55,203 nucleotides of DNA from positions 1 to 55,203 of the forward strand of contig CAJOQX010000150.1 in NCBI GenBank assembly GCA_905236865.1, read 5' to 3'. Shown here one piece after another: positions 36,801 to 46,448 of this stretch (position 1 is its first letter; each line of letters starts with the position of its first letter). The stretch is from Candidatus Rifleibacteriota bacterium (lineage in GTDB: Bacteria; Muiribacteriota; Ozemobacteria; Ozemobacterales; Ozemobacteraceae). The translations under genes and the position numbers were made by a program. The notes under the pieces were generated by a model, which had not been told where the DNA came from, ran no database searches, and worked only from the letters and a program-made list of their open reading frames with translations.

Positions 36801-39800
36801 TTAATGATTTAGATAGATTACTTAAGTTACCTATTTCTTCAACTGTGTATGCAGAGAATAAATCTGTATCTAATTTTTTAAATCCAATTCCATTTTCTGA
36901 CATTCTTTTTGAAATTAATTCATCAGTAACAAGAGGAAAACTTGGATTTTGAATTGACAATGCTTCAAGTTTAGCTGCCTTTTTTAAAGGTTCTCCTAAA
37001 ATAGCATAATCAAGTCTTGAATCTATACTTCCAACAGTACCAGAATACATTGTGCCATAAGATAACCCAACACCTATTTTATAAACAAATAATCCTTTTC
37101 TTTTTCTTTTTGCATTAACAAAGGCTAATTTTGTTATCATTCTACAGCTTGCTTTAAAAGCTCTATATGAAGCTTTTTCAAGATTATCTTTTTCAGGGAA
37201 AATAGCTTCTATTGCATCGCCTATGAATTTATATATTTGCCCTCCGTTTTCTGATATTATTTTAGCCATTTCTGCAAAGTGATTGTTGAGTAAATCTGTT
37301 ATAATCGTAGGGTCATATTTTTCTGTCATTCCTGTAAAATTACGTATGTCTGAAACTAAGGCTACTCCTTCAAAAGTTTCTGTGTCATTTAATAAACCAT
37401 TACTTTTTTTCTCTAATGCTACTATGGCTTGATCAGATAATAATTTTGAAATACGGTCTTTTTCTTTTAGACCATCAATCATATTTGAAAACTCATTGGA
37501 AAGGTTTCCAAATTCATTTTGTGGTATACTTTGTAGAGATATATTCAAATTACCTATAGCAACTTCATCTAAAGCTTTTTTTAATTCTGAAACAGGTTTG
37601 ACAAAAACATTTGCAGCTCTAATACTGCAAATATAGATAATAAATAATGAAATCAATATAAGTATAATAAAAAAGTATTTTCTAATAATAACATTAAAGG
37701 TTATATCAAATTTATCTACCCAACCTACAAAAACTGTGTTTGAAAAATTCAAAGAAGGTATAAAAACAACTAGATTATCATCTATAGAAAAAGTATCTGT
37801 CTTTTTTAAATAGAATGTTTGTTTTGCAAGATCTGGTAATTTGTTAAGAAATTCCTTCGTAGCATGTCTAGTTTTATCGCCGATAGTTTTTATATTTTGT
37901 CCATCAATTCTATATGCAATAAAATTTTGATTTTTATTTTTTGATGAATAATAATTAAAAGACTCTTTTATAATTCTATCATCAAGGTATTTATCTTCCC
38001 ATATAATTAATAATATATACTTTATTTTTCCATCTATTTTAATTAAATCAAAAAGTTGATAGATGCACAAAGAACCTTTTTTTACCGAAACAGGGACAGA
38101 AAAATTTTGTTGAAATTCATCTTTTAGTGATACTTCTGACATTGAGTCATAACATTTATTAACCGTTTTTCCTATTTCTATTTCTATTTCCTCTAATTCA
38201 TCTATTTCTTTCTCAAATTTAATATTGGGAGTTTCACTAGCTATCTTTTCTCTTAATATATCAATCTGAGTTACAAGTAAAGCATTTATAATAATTTCAG
38301 TATTGGTTGAAGATATAATTTTTTTATTGGTTTTTTTAAAATTTGAATCTATATTTTCAATTCTTTTCTCATTTAAATTTATATTAGTTTTTATTGATTT
38401 TGAATATCTTCCTTCAACAAGGGCGCCTCTACCATTTTCATCTAAAATTTTAACTCCTAATATCGGCAAAGATTTCTTAGAATCCTCTGATTCAAATTTA
38501 TCTAAAACATATCTAGCAGCCGATTCGTCTTCAATACCTTTTTCTTTTATTAAATCTATAAGTTTTTTTTCATTTAAAACTTTTGTAAAAGTAGCTTTAT
38601 ATTCTCTTACGTTATTCATTTTTTTTGCATCAGTAGATTTTAAATTTGTCTGAATTTCAGATAATTCTTTGTTTATGGAAGTTTTTTGATACTCCAAAAT
38701 ATAGGCATAAGCAGTTGCTAATAAAATAGATAAAGGTAAAAAAGATGCAAGCATATAAGAAATAGCAAATCTAATTTTTAAAGAAAATTTAAAATTGAAA
38801 TCAAAAAATATATAACAATATATAATTATAAATAATATATAAACGTCTATAAAATCAAAAAGAATAAGCCATTTTGGTAAGGTTTTTGTTTTTATTGATT
38901 TAACTAAAACAACAGCGATACGAAAAGACCCTCTGGCTAGAAATTGATAAGCCGTATAATTTCCTAATTCATCTCCTTGTGGAAGTGAATTTTCAAGCCA
39001 TTTATTTGCAACTTGTAAATCATGGATAGTTATTTTACTAGCCCATTCAGAGAAAAGTGTAGATTTATCTAAAGGGTATTGAAGAATTGGTTTTCCAAAA
39101 ATATTACTATTTCCGTCACCTTTATATAATGGAATAAAAGCTCCTAGACCCTTAAATCTTTTTTTTAAATTTTTAAGAGCAAGTCGTTCCGCTATTTCTT
39201 GATTAGTTTTATCTACTTTATAAAGAAAAATGACACCAAAAGTACCTTTACCTTCTATAAATACATAATCCCAAATAAACCAAGAAGCTTTATGGACACC
39301 GTTAGTATGAGTTGGTAATCCACGCATTGCCTTAGCAATAGACTCAGGGGAAGTAAATTTACCAATTAACTGTTTAACAAAATTTTTATTAACATTTAAA
39401 TCATCTAAGCTTGTATAATTATAATAATTAATTTTATATAACTGTTCAAAAGCTTTACATATAGCAGTTTTCCCTATTAAATTTTTATTGTCATTCGTAA
39501 ATATTAGGTTCGTTTTCTTTGTTTGAGAATCAATTTTAAAAGTGTATAAAAAATAATCTTGTGGAAAAGGTTCTTCAAAAATTTTATCAGCAGATTTTTT
39601 TATATGTTTTACAATAAAAGATTTATCTTTATAGTTTAATTTAACATCATTTCTAAAAGTATCAAAAAATTTACTAAAAAGAGATGAAATCTGATTTTTA
39701 AAATCACCTTCTGAAGCTAAGGTTTCAGCTTCATGCATAGCTTTTTTTTCTTGTTCTTTTATTTCAAAATATTCATTTATTTTTGAAGTGTAGTAATAAC

Positions 39801-39879
39801 TAATATTGAATGCTAAAATAGGTATAATAAATAGTAGAATTGTTAAGATAATATTATATTTTTTAGATGTATTAGTCAT
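33886..39879 (-). CDS. Giant multi-pass membrane receptor with two HAMP plus class III adenylate/guanylate cyclase modules (paralogue 1 of 3; 1997 aa)
   Basis: One uninterrupted ORF with about 8 hydrophobic helices bounding four extracytoplasmic regions of 300-400 aa. CHD1: VALVSDIRNFTG...GGQIYKFIGDAIEAIF...RLDYAILGEPLKKAAKLE. CHD2: VLLYVTIPNFD...GGDIDKIIGEKMLVAF...RDFTIIGDPVNVSARI...GEVSFKGKSKPSKVY. It starts 21 nt after the paralogue 2 stop. Confidence 0.85.
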   Translation of the reverse strand: MTNTSKKYNIILTILLFIIPILAFNISYYYTSKINEYFEIKEQEKKAMHEAETLASEGDFKNQISSLFSKFFDTFRNDVKLNYKDKSFIVKHIKKSADKIFEEPFPQDYFLYTFKIDSQTKKTNLIFTNDNKNLIGKTAICKAFEQLYKINYYNYTSLDDLNVNKNFVKQLIGKFTSPESIAKAMRGLPTHTNGVHKASWFIWDYVFIEGKGTFGVIFLYKVDKTNQEIAERLALKNLKKRFKGLGAFIPLYKGDGNSNIFGKPILQYPLDKSTLFSEWASKITIHDLQVANKWLENSLPQGDELGNYTAYQFLARGSFRIAVVLVKSIKTKTLPKWLILFDFIDVYILFIIIYCYIFFDFNFKFSLKIRFAISYMLASFLPLSILLATAYAYILEYQKTSINKELSEIQTNLKSTDAKKMNNVREYKATFTKVLNEKKLIDLIKEKGIEDESAARYVLDKFESEDSKKSLPILGVKILDENGRGALVEGRYSKSIKTNINLNEKRIENIDSNFKKTNKKIISSTNTEIIINALLVTQIDILREKIASETPNIKFEKEIDELEEIEIEIGKTVNKCYDSMSEVSLKDEFQQNFSVPVSVKKGSLCIYQLFDLIKIDGKIKYILLIIWEDKYLDDRIIKESFNYYSSKNKNQNFIAYRIDGQNIKTIGDKTRHATKEFLNKLPDLAKQTFYLKKTDTFSIDDNLVVFIPSLNFSNTVFVGWVDKFDITFNVIIRKYFFIILILISLFIIYICSIRAANVFVKPVSELKKALDEVAIGNLNISLQSIPQNEFGNLSNEFSNMIDGLKEKDRISKLLSDQAIVALEKKSNGLLNDTETFEGVALVSDIRNFTGMTEKYDPTIITDLLNNHFAEMAKIISENGGQIYKFIGDAIEAIFPEKDNLEKASYRAFKASCRMITKLAFVNAKRKRKGLFVYKIGVGLSYGTMYSGTVGSIDSRLDYAILGEPLKKAAKLEALSIQNPSFPLVTDELISKRMSENGIGFKKLDTDLFSAYTVEEIGNLSNLSKSLNIFSNNKEKENTTNQNKSNNTKVFLLQKSVTKFNVIWQYLLNFIAVISVIFLISFGINFIYSTYSENLKSQSIKECTRLFEQINSDEALKSAFNIQCLDFSEKIRKKINFNDSKGKIEEAINSIREEYDKLGCPIPLYCCKINYNYYSRNLLPYKFNNFEDVFSDRTFNSFKQTNNTIFDGNFLRIFLDKVNNNKKVSGYDFLCGFPVDITTLKDKINIPKFITFNAGKDIFLALNKGDDWVFSNGCSQKEINFIKSNIENKKILDNFGFISEIATIYNDNTYNKWKVFIIKKNLFYLHLIYEKFKVLIPLSLSFFFIIILCFANKKKNLFESSISLKLSFDILLSAFMPILIVLFLSILYVIEDYNIKKSETLFEMNTRIDELERKELYYLPFYNLWLNIKSESPRIMLRIKQRDIIGQFKYLQHITKNGFLKVENQNNQSNKTANKDYHKILELLLVAKNDFVASGNDSNGYNLDFFGRIFSDYIKYIFFSSDDSNSDNYNSKNYKREEIFRMLSKTFNSAFGDEITIDLVNYPNSNQTVTLNYTYISFISIPVPNQDKPDYVLFSIIKYDNDLLSYVCNQTNQQNYSLEQHISSGSLDNKIFLFHSINKEVGNNLIYSDFIGKSEILNGLLTNYYWLNSSFIPVSSQIDCFGNHFLECRRGNYSNDKIYFALSSEKFIFNESFNKLPKFGLAILFSFILICFIAYIVIADLLAPIKQLILGVKAAKKEDYSFRTIYTREDEVGKLCQSFNQMMKSLEEKQLMNRMISKSALIGTSTSNDTASKKIDTVLLYVTIPNFDKIMNNTPIIQLFQKLKNQIAIISKIVLDYGGDIDKIIGEKMLVAFHLENSLEKEIAIIASKVAYLIETNESLPFKVSVGVTYGQVISGYLGVGEKRDFTIIGDPVNVSARIAVFGEKLESDRRIISETIYDLIKNDIKTEEYGEVSFKGKSKPSKVYLIQSLSSANLIEI
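33930..34660 (-). other. Paralogue 1: HAMP-2 plus cyclase homology domain 2 (metal-Asp-negative, Lys/Thr/Asn/Arg-positive)
   Basis: DTVLLYVTIPNFD is encoded at about 34399-34437 and DFTIIGDPVNVSARI at 34066-34110. The HAMP domain starts at APIKQL (about 34660). Confidence 0.75.
36905..37605 (-). other. Paralogue 1: HAMP-1 plus cyclase homology domain 1 (metal-Asp-positive, Asn/Arg-negative)
   Basis: VSDIRNFTG is encoded at 37330-37356, KFIGDAIEAI at 37201-37233, and DYAILGEPLKKAAKLEA at 36961-37011. The HAMP domain starts at VKPVSEL (about 37602). Confidence 0.75.
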
Positions 39880-39900
39880 TTTTTTTCTATATCATTTTAA

Positions 39901-42900
39901 CTAACAAAAACGGTAAATTTTCATAGGGAGCGACTTACCTTTTAATTGAAATTCACCATATTCTTTAGTTTTAACAATATCATGAACTAAATTGTTTAAA
40001 TTTTCAGAAATTAAGCATCTTTCAGACGCTAAGTTTTCAGCAATGCTTTCTATTCTTGCTGTAACATTGACAGCATCACCTATTACAGTAAAATCTCGTT
40101 TATTTCCAATTCCAAGAAATCCATTGATTACTTCTCCATAGTTTAAACCTAGAGCAACAGGGAAAGTAATTCTTTTGGTTGTTTCATTATCTATTATTTT
40201 TTTTGCAACTTTGCAAGCTGATGACAAAGCCTGTTTTTTATTATTCTTTTTGATGGGGAAAACAACAAGCATTTTTTCTCCAATAATTTTGTCTATTTCT
40301 CCCCCATCTTTCATAATTAACTCAGCAATTATAGCAGTCTGCTTCTTTAGAGAATCAAAAACAAACTCTTTGCTGTATCTTGCTAAATATTTAGTAAAAT
40401 TAGGAATTCCAATATATAGGAAAATAGAATTTGATTTTGTCGAATTTTGAAAATCTTCACTAAGAGTTACTGCTCTTGCTGTTTTAGAAAGCATTCTAGA
40501 CATCATTCGCTTTTCGTCAAGACCTTTTATCATTTCGTCAAAAGCGAAGCACAAAGACCCTAATTCATCGGTTCTATCAGAATCAATTCTAAAAGAAAAG
40601 TTCTCTTTTTTTACTTCTTTTATGCCTTCTAGCAAAATATTTATTGGATAAATAATATCATTGGTGATATTTCTTGTAGTTTCAACTATAAGAAGTATAG
40701 ATATTGCTATAAGAATATAAAACAAATAAGTCATTTTTTTTATTTTATCATAAATGTTATTTTCAGGGTATGTAAAAATTAACATTGAGTAATAATGTAA
40801 ATGTGAAGGCATTGCTTCAATAAGATAAGATTTGTTGTTTATTGTTAATTTATCTGATATGGGAAGATTTGATATAGATAGCCAAGATCCATAATTACCA
40901 AAAGAAATTCTGACGTTATTATCTTTACATTCATCAATTTTACCATAATTAAGATTATCAATTGGATAAATAGCATAATCTGAAGATATTTCTTTTGCTA
41001 AACGCAACAAATAATCATAAGTATTAAATTTTATTATCCATGTTAAATATGATTCAGCATTTTTATAATCTGGAGCAGGGGAAATATAAAGGCCTAATCT
41101 GCCTATACCAATATTTAAAATTATAGGAATTTTTATTGCATTTGATAGTTTAACAAATACGTCAGCTCCAAAATATGATTTTATTGTTTGCAATCCCATT
41201 TCTTTATAAATATCATTAGCTATAAGTTCTCCATTAATTGAATTTTCTTGACGATTAAAAAGAGATTTAAATATTTTGTTGAGCAATGTTCCAATTTTCT
41301 TTTTTTGGTCAGAATTTTTATTGTCCAAATAACTAACTGATTGTTTTATTGAATTGTTAGTTGTTTCTTCTTTTTTCTTAGACAAATTTAAATTTAAATC
41401 CCAACTATTTTTTCCTGTAATTGAAATATCAGAAATAGAATAATTTGTAATTAAATTTTCTTCTTCTGTATAGTGATTAGTTTCGTTTTCCCATTTACAA
41501 ATAATTCGTTCTAATTCTTTACTTTCTTTTATATCTTTTATATCTTTTATATCTTCTATATCTTTTTTATCTTTATTTATTTTTAATTCTTTAGAGTATT
41601 TATTTAATATTATACTATTTTCAATAAGTTTTTTGTTATCGTTCTTAACCTTTATTAAATTCCAAACAAGTGGAACCCCAAAATCAATTTTATCTTCAAA
41701 ATCTTTACTAAAGCTTTGTATTTTATCTCGTTCTTGAGCAACTTTAACAAAATAAAATTCATTTACAAATAATTTGAATACAAATGACATTGTTAAGAAA
41801 GGAACTACAGCCACAATAAGCAAAGCAAGCCATAATTTTGAAGCAATTGTTTTGTTAAATATTGATTTCCCTTTTATTATTCCAATTAAAATATATAACA
41901 TAAAAATAGATATGACAAAAACGATAAAATTAGTTAGAGCTAATGGAATATAATTATTTTTATAGAATTTTGCTAAGTAAATATTGTAAGACTGATTATT
42001 AAATTCTATTTCATCTTTTTTGATATATTTTTGATTGTCATCATCGTTGTTGACAGAAGCCAAAATATGATTTGGATTTTTTAAATAATTAGGAACATTT
42101 TTAGAATAATGCCATTCTTCTTTTTCTTTTTTAGTTTTGTGTAGGAAAACTAATCTTTCATTTTTAGAATAAAGATTTAAAAGCATTTGCAATGATTCAG
42201 AGGCAGATTTTGTAGGCATTAACAAAACTAAATAGCCAATTAATTCTTCTGTATTATTATAAAAATCTAGTATATAAATATAATGTTTTTCGTTGTGAAA
42301 ATTAACTTCATAAGCAGTATTTATCTTTTCATTTTTTAATAAAGTTATTGGTAATTTTTCACCAAAAACTTCTTTGCTAATATCTCCGTATTTTCCAGCC
42401 ATATATTCTTTGTATGGCAACTGGAATTGGTCTATTTCAGATTTATCTAATTTATTTTTTTCAGAAATACTATCTAGAATATTTAATGCTATTGCAACTC
42501 TATAACTAGAACATATTTTTTCTATTTCCTTTTCATTAAAACCAGTGTTTGACAATGTGTCTAATTTTATATTATCAACAAAATGAGTATTATTAATATC
42601 TAATTTATTTATAGAATTATCAACTTTTATAAATATTTTGCTTAGATTTAATTCTTTAAAAATACTATTGGAATTATAATAATTATTGATACTGTTATTG
42701 ATTAATTCATTTATTTTTGTTTTATTCTCTGAATCAGAAATATCAGAATTTAAAGCATAAGCAAAATCTCTACAAAGTGAATCGAAAGCATTTATTCCAA
42801 AATCTTTTTGCTTTAATTGTTCCAAAACCCTTTGTAAATCGGTTTCTATTAATTGTTTTTGATTCTCTATAGACAGACTGTTTAATAAATAAAATCCACC

Positions 42901-45900
42901 AGCAAGTAAAGCAGAGAGTAATATTATAAAAAATAAACCAGATAATAGTTTTTGGTTTAATGCAAAAGCTTCTTCTTTTTTAGATATTTTATATGAATTT
43001 ATAACGTTATTTTTAACTTTATTGTTGTTCAAAACAGTCTTATTTTGAGATACTTTTTCGGCACGAACTAAATCATCTTTTTTTTCTGTTAAAAATATAT
43101 TTAAACCATTATCTGTAATTTTAAAACCTTCTAAACCATTTTCATTTTTAAAAGACAAAAAATCAATACCCACAAAAAATTTCTTAAATACATTAATAAA
43201 ATCTTTATCTACAACAATTGGAAATTCTGGATTAAACTTAGAATAGCTTTCTAATTTTTCTGCTTTTTTTAATGTATCTCCTAATATAGCATAATCTAAT
43301 CTTGTATCTATACTGCCAATTGGTCCTGAAGACATTTCGCCATAACTTAAACCTATACCTATTTTGTAATCAAAAAGACCTTTTTCTTTTCTTTGTTGAT
43401 TAATTGTATTTAAAGAATTAAGAATTTCAACAGAAGCAGTAAAGGCTCTTTCTGCTGAACTTCTAGTAAAATCATCATTGTCTGCGAATACAGCTTCAAC
43501 AGCATCTCCAATAAATTTATAAATACGTCCGCCATTTTCAGAAAATATTTTAGTCATCATGGCAAAATGTTCATTTAAAAGATTCGTAATTTCATCTGGA
43601 GAGTATAATTCACACATTCCTGTAAAATTTCGTATGTCAGAAACTAAAAATGTTCCATTAAATGTTTCTACATCAGAATTAGTAAACTCATTTTTCTTGT
43701 TTAATGCTTCAACTGCGTGATCAGAAAGTAGGGTTGCTAATCTGTTTCTTTCAGAAAGCTCTTTTGTCATTTCACTAAATTCTCTACAAATATCACCAAA
43801 TTCGTCTTTGCTATTGTTTTTTATTTCTATGTCTAAATTTCCTCTTTTTACATTATCTAATGATTCTTTTAAATTACTTATTGGGATTAATAATATTTTA
43901 GATAAATAATTAAAACAAGCAAATAAAATTATCAAAGCAAGAAGAATAACTATAATGAAAATAGTAACTTTCCAGAAAATATTATTGTAAAGAACATTAT
44001 TAAATATCCCACCAATAATATATAAACCTTCATATTGTCTTGATGGAACTACAACAGCAGTAAGCTGATTGTCGTTATAAGAAACAGCTTTTTTTCTTAT
44101 AGCAGCAGTATTAACTAATTTTAAACTAATTTGTTTGTATTCTTCTTCATGACGTTTGTATGTTTCATATTTTGCACTTTGTGCCTTTTTGCTTTCTGGC
44201 CAAGGTTTTATTTCTTGAGATGTTTTTTCTCTTTTTTCATAAGCAGAAAAAAAACATTCTCTTGTCTTATTGTCCAAATATAGACTATCTAATGTTGATA
44301 TATAAGTATCTAAGTCTAACTCGTTAGTATCCCAAAAAAGATATAGTATAAAGCGAGGAACACCGTCTACTTGAATATATTCATGAATATGATTGATATA
44401 TCTATCTCCAATTTGTCGATTGACAATTAAACCAGCTCTTTTTTCTAAATCATCAGAGAGAGAAGTTGATTTGTCGCCTAAAGCCGCTTCATAACCAATT
44501 TTTGTAAAATCTGTCAATGCTTCAATTTTTTTACTTTTATTAGTATTTTCCTCTTCATTTTCTTTCCATCTTCTTGGTTTATTATGATTTTTTATTTTAT
44601 TTTGTAATGTTTCTAATAAAGAAGATGATATTGAATTTAGAGAATTATCATTTAAAGCTTTATCTTTTATTAATTTTTTCTTTTCAGCTTCGTTATTATA
44701 ATTTAACTCATTTTCCTGATTATCTATTTTACAATAAGTATAAGAAAGATTTCCTGATAAATTAGTGATGTAATTCCCTTTTTCGTCTAGTATTGTTACT
44801 GTTAGAAATGGAAGCTCTTTTTTATTCCATTTCTTTAAAAAAATGTCTATGACAGTCTTTGCAACAGGTAAAAAGTCATTTTCTATTATATTTTTTGTTT
44901 CTTCTTTTTTTATTTTTTCAAATTTTTTTAATGATATTAATTCATTTTCTTTCTTTTTTTCCAAATTATTGATTATTTCATCTAATTTATTATCTATTAT
45001 TATATTTCTTTCATCTAATTTTTTAAAACTTTCTAAGAATAAACTGTCTTGTTTTATTTTGTGAAAAGCAGTTCTATATTTTTCTTGGTATTTAATTTTT
45101 TGTAAATCAAACTTATTTATATAATTTCTTAGTTTTGTCTGAGCGTTAAACGAAAAAGAAAGAGTATATTCCGAAATGTATCCATAAGATATTATTGCCA
45201 ATAATCCCAACGGAATACAAGATGCTAAAAAATATGTGGTAATAAACCTTGTTTTAAGCGACATCTGAGGCCAAATGCCCCAAAATATGCCTCTTAAAAG
45301 TAATATTATAATTATTAATATAATTAAAAAATCAAATGAAATTAACCAAGTTGGTATCTTGTTTCTTTCTTTTTTAGGAATCAATAAAACAGTAGCATGG
45401 GATTGTTGTGGAGCAATGTGAAAAAAAGCTTGATAATTACCAATTATATTATTCTTTCTTTTATCAGGTTTTAAATTAAGTTGCCAATCGCATAAGTCTT
45501 TAATACTTTTTGGTGACCATTTCTTTTTTAATTCATTAAATTCAGGCATAATGGCAAACTCTTTTGTTGTTACAACACCACTATAACCTGGAAATAAAGG
45601 AATAAAACAGCAGTATTTCTTTTCAGATTCATTTTTCTGAGAATCTCTAAAATCTTTTAAAGTAATTAATTTACTGTCTTTTTCTAATTCATCACTATTG
45701 TTGACAATTAATAAAAAGCCATAAATATCACCATTAGATTCGTTTGCATTAGATTGGTTTTCAAAATAATTCCAATATATTCTGTTAGATTCTAGATTAT
45801 AAAATGCATAAGAAGCCTTTCCGCATTGTGTTTCTGCTATTACTTCTGGGTCACATTCTCCTCCAAAAACATTTTTAGCTATAATTGCTCCTTTTTCTTT

Positions 45901-46425
45901 TTCTGATTCATAGTTATTATAATTATAATTTGAATTGGCAATATTAACTTTAACAAGGTATTCAAAAGTTATTTCTAATGCTTTTTTATTCTTGATATTT
46001 TGGTTATTATTAAAGATTATTTTTGGCTTTCCATGATTTTCTTTATTAATCTTTGGAAAATGAAATACTAAAAGTTCATGTTTTGGAAATGGGGCTTTAA
46101 ATATTTTTTCTGCCTTTTTTGAAACGAATTCTAATAATCTTTTTCTTTGTTTTTCTTGAGGATATGTTTTAACCAAGGATTTAAGATTATTATAAAAATC
46201 TTTTGCTAATTGCTCAAAACAATTTTCAAAATTCGCTTTGTAAGCTAAATCTTCGACTTCTTGTTCGGATTGTGCAATTCTTTTTTGTTCTTCCCAATGT
46301 GTATCTATGTAGTTAAGAAAATACCAGCCAAAATTCAATAGAATCAAAGGTAAAAGCCATAGAACAATAGGTAAATATCTGTTTTGGCTTAAAAATTTAC
46401 TTTTTGTTGCTATATCTTTAATCAT
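39901..46425 (-). CDS. Giant multi-pass membrane receptor with two HAMP plus class III cyclase modules (paralogue 2 of 3; 2174 aa)
   Basis: Collinear with paralogues 1 and 3. CHD1: FLVSDIRNFTG...GGRIYKFIGDAVEAVF...RLDYAILGDTLKKAEKLE. CHD2: IFLYIGIPNFT...GGEIDKIIGEKMLVVF...RDFTVIGDAVNVTARIE...GEFQLKGKSLPMKIY. It starts 23 nt after the paralogue 3 stop. Confidence 0.85.
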   Translation of the reverse strand: MIKDIATKSKFLSQNRYLPIVLWLLPLILLNFGWYFLNYIDTHWEEQKRIAQSEQEVEDLAYKANFENCFEQLAKDFYNNLKSLVKTYPQEKQRKRLLEFVSKKAEKIFKAPFPKHELLVFHFPKINKENHGKPKIIFNNNQNIKNKKALEITFEYLVKVNIANSNYNYNNYESEKEKGAIIAKNVFGGECDPEVIAETQCGKASYAFYNLESNRIYWNYFENQSNANESNGDIYGFLLIVNNSDELEKDSKLITLKDFRDSQKNESEKKYCCFIPLFPGYSGVVTTKEFAIMPEFNELKKKWSPKSIKDLCDWQLNLKPDKRKNNIIGNYQAFFHIAPQQSHATVLLIPKKERNKIPTWLISFDFLIILIIIILLLRGIFWGIWPQMSLKTRFITTYFLASCIPLGLLAIISYGYISEYTLSFSFNAQTKLRNYINKFDLQKIKYQEKYRTAFHKIKQDSLFLESFKKLDERNIIIDNKLDEIINNLEKKKENELISLKKFEKIKKEETKNIIENDFLPVAKTVIDIFLKKWNKKELPFLTVTILDEKGNYITNLSGNLSYTYCKIDNQENELNYNNEAEKKKLIKDKALNDNSLNSISSSLLETLQNKIKNHNKPRRWKENEEENTNKSKKIEALTDFTKIGYEAALGDKSTSLSDDLEKRAGLIVNRQIGDRYINHIHEYIQVDGVPRFILYLFWDTNELDLDTYISTLDSLYLDNKTRECFFSAYEKREKTSQEIKPWPESKKAQSAKYETYKRHEEEYKQISLKLVNTAAIRKKAVSYNDNQLTAVVVPSRQYEGLYIIGGIFNNVLYNNIFWKVTIFIIVILLALIILFACFNYLSKILLIPISNLKESLDNVKRGNLDIEIKNNSKDEFGDICREFSEMTKELSERNRLATLLSDHAVEALNKKNEFTNSDVETFNGTFLVSDIRNFTGMCELYSPDEITNLLNEHFAMMTKIFSENGGRIYKFIGDAVEAVFADNDDFTRSSAERAFTASVEILNSLNTINQQRKEKGLFDYKIGIGLSYGEMSSGPIGSIDTRLDYAILGDTLKKAEKLESYSKFNPEFPIVVDKDFINVFKKFFVGIDFLSFKNENGLEGFKITDNGLNIFLTEKKDDLVRAEKVSQNKTVLNNNKVKNNVINSYKISKKEEAFALNQKLLSGLFFIILLSALLAGGFYLLNSLSIENQKQLIETDLQRVLEQLKQKDFGINAFDSLCRDFAYALNSDISDSENKTKINELINNSINNYYNSNSIFKELNLSKIFIKVDNSINKLDINNTHFVDNIKLDTLSNTGFNEKEIEKICSSYRVAIALNILDSISEKNKLDKSEIDQFQLPYKEYMAGKYGDISKEVFGEKLPITLLKNEKINTAYEVNFHNEKHYIYILDFYNNTEELIGYLVLLMPTKSASESLQMLLNLYSKNERLVFLHKTKKEKEEWHYSKNVPNYLKNPNHILASVNNDDDNQKYIKKDEIEFNNQSYNIYLAKFYKNNYIPLALTNFIVFVISIFMLYILIGIIKGKSIFNKTIASKLWLALLIVAVVPFLTMSFVFKLFVNEFYFVKVAQERDKIQSFSKDFEDKIDFGVPLVWNLIKVKNDNKKLIENSIILNKYSKELKINKDKKDIEDIKDIKDIKESKELERIICKWENETNHYTEEENLITNYSISDISITGKNSWDLNLNLSKKKEETTNNSIKQSVSYLDNKNSDQKKKIGTLLNKIFKSLFNRQENSINGELIANDIYKEMGLQTIKSYFGADVFVKLSNAIKIPIILNIGIGRLGLYISPAPDYKNAESYLTWIIKFNTYDYLLRLAKEISSDYAIYPIDNLNYGKIDECKDNNVRISFGNYGSWLSISNLPISDKLTINNKSYLIEAMPSHLHYYSMLIFTYPENNIYDKIKKMTYLFYILIAISILLIVETTRNITNDIIYPINILLEGIKEVKKENFSFRIDSDRTDELGSLCFAFDEMIKGLDEKRMMSRMLSKTARAVTLSEDFQNSTKSNSIFLYIGIPNFTKYLARYSKEFVFDSLKKQTAIIAELIMKDGGEIDKIIGEKMLVVFPIKKNNKKQALSSACKVAKKIIDNETTKRITFPVALGLNYGEVINGFLGIGNKRDFTVIGDAVNVTARIESIAENLASERCLISENLNNLVHDIVKTKEYGEFQLKGKSLPMKIYRFC
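39904..40660 (-). other. Paralogue 2: HAMP-2 plus CHD2
   Basis: SIFLYIGIPNFTKY is encoded at about 40395-40440 and DFTVIGDAVNVTARI at 40051-40095. The HAMP domain starts at IIYPINILLEG (40623-40658). Confidence 0.75.
43190..43890 (-). other. Paralogue 2: HAMP-1 plus CHD1
   Basis: VSDIRNFTG is encoded at about 43618-43646. The domain ends near NPEFPIVVDKD (43201-43233). The HAMP domain starts at IPISNLKES (about 43888). Confidence 0.75.
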
Positions 46426-46448
46426 AACCTTATGTTCTACTAATTTAA

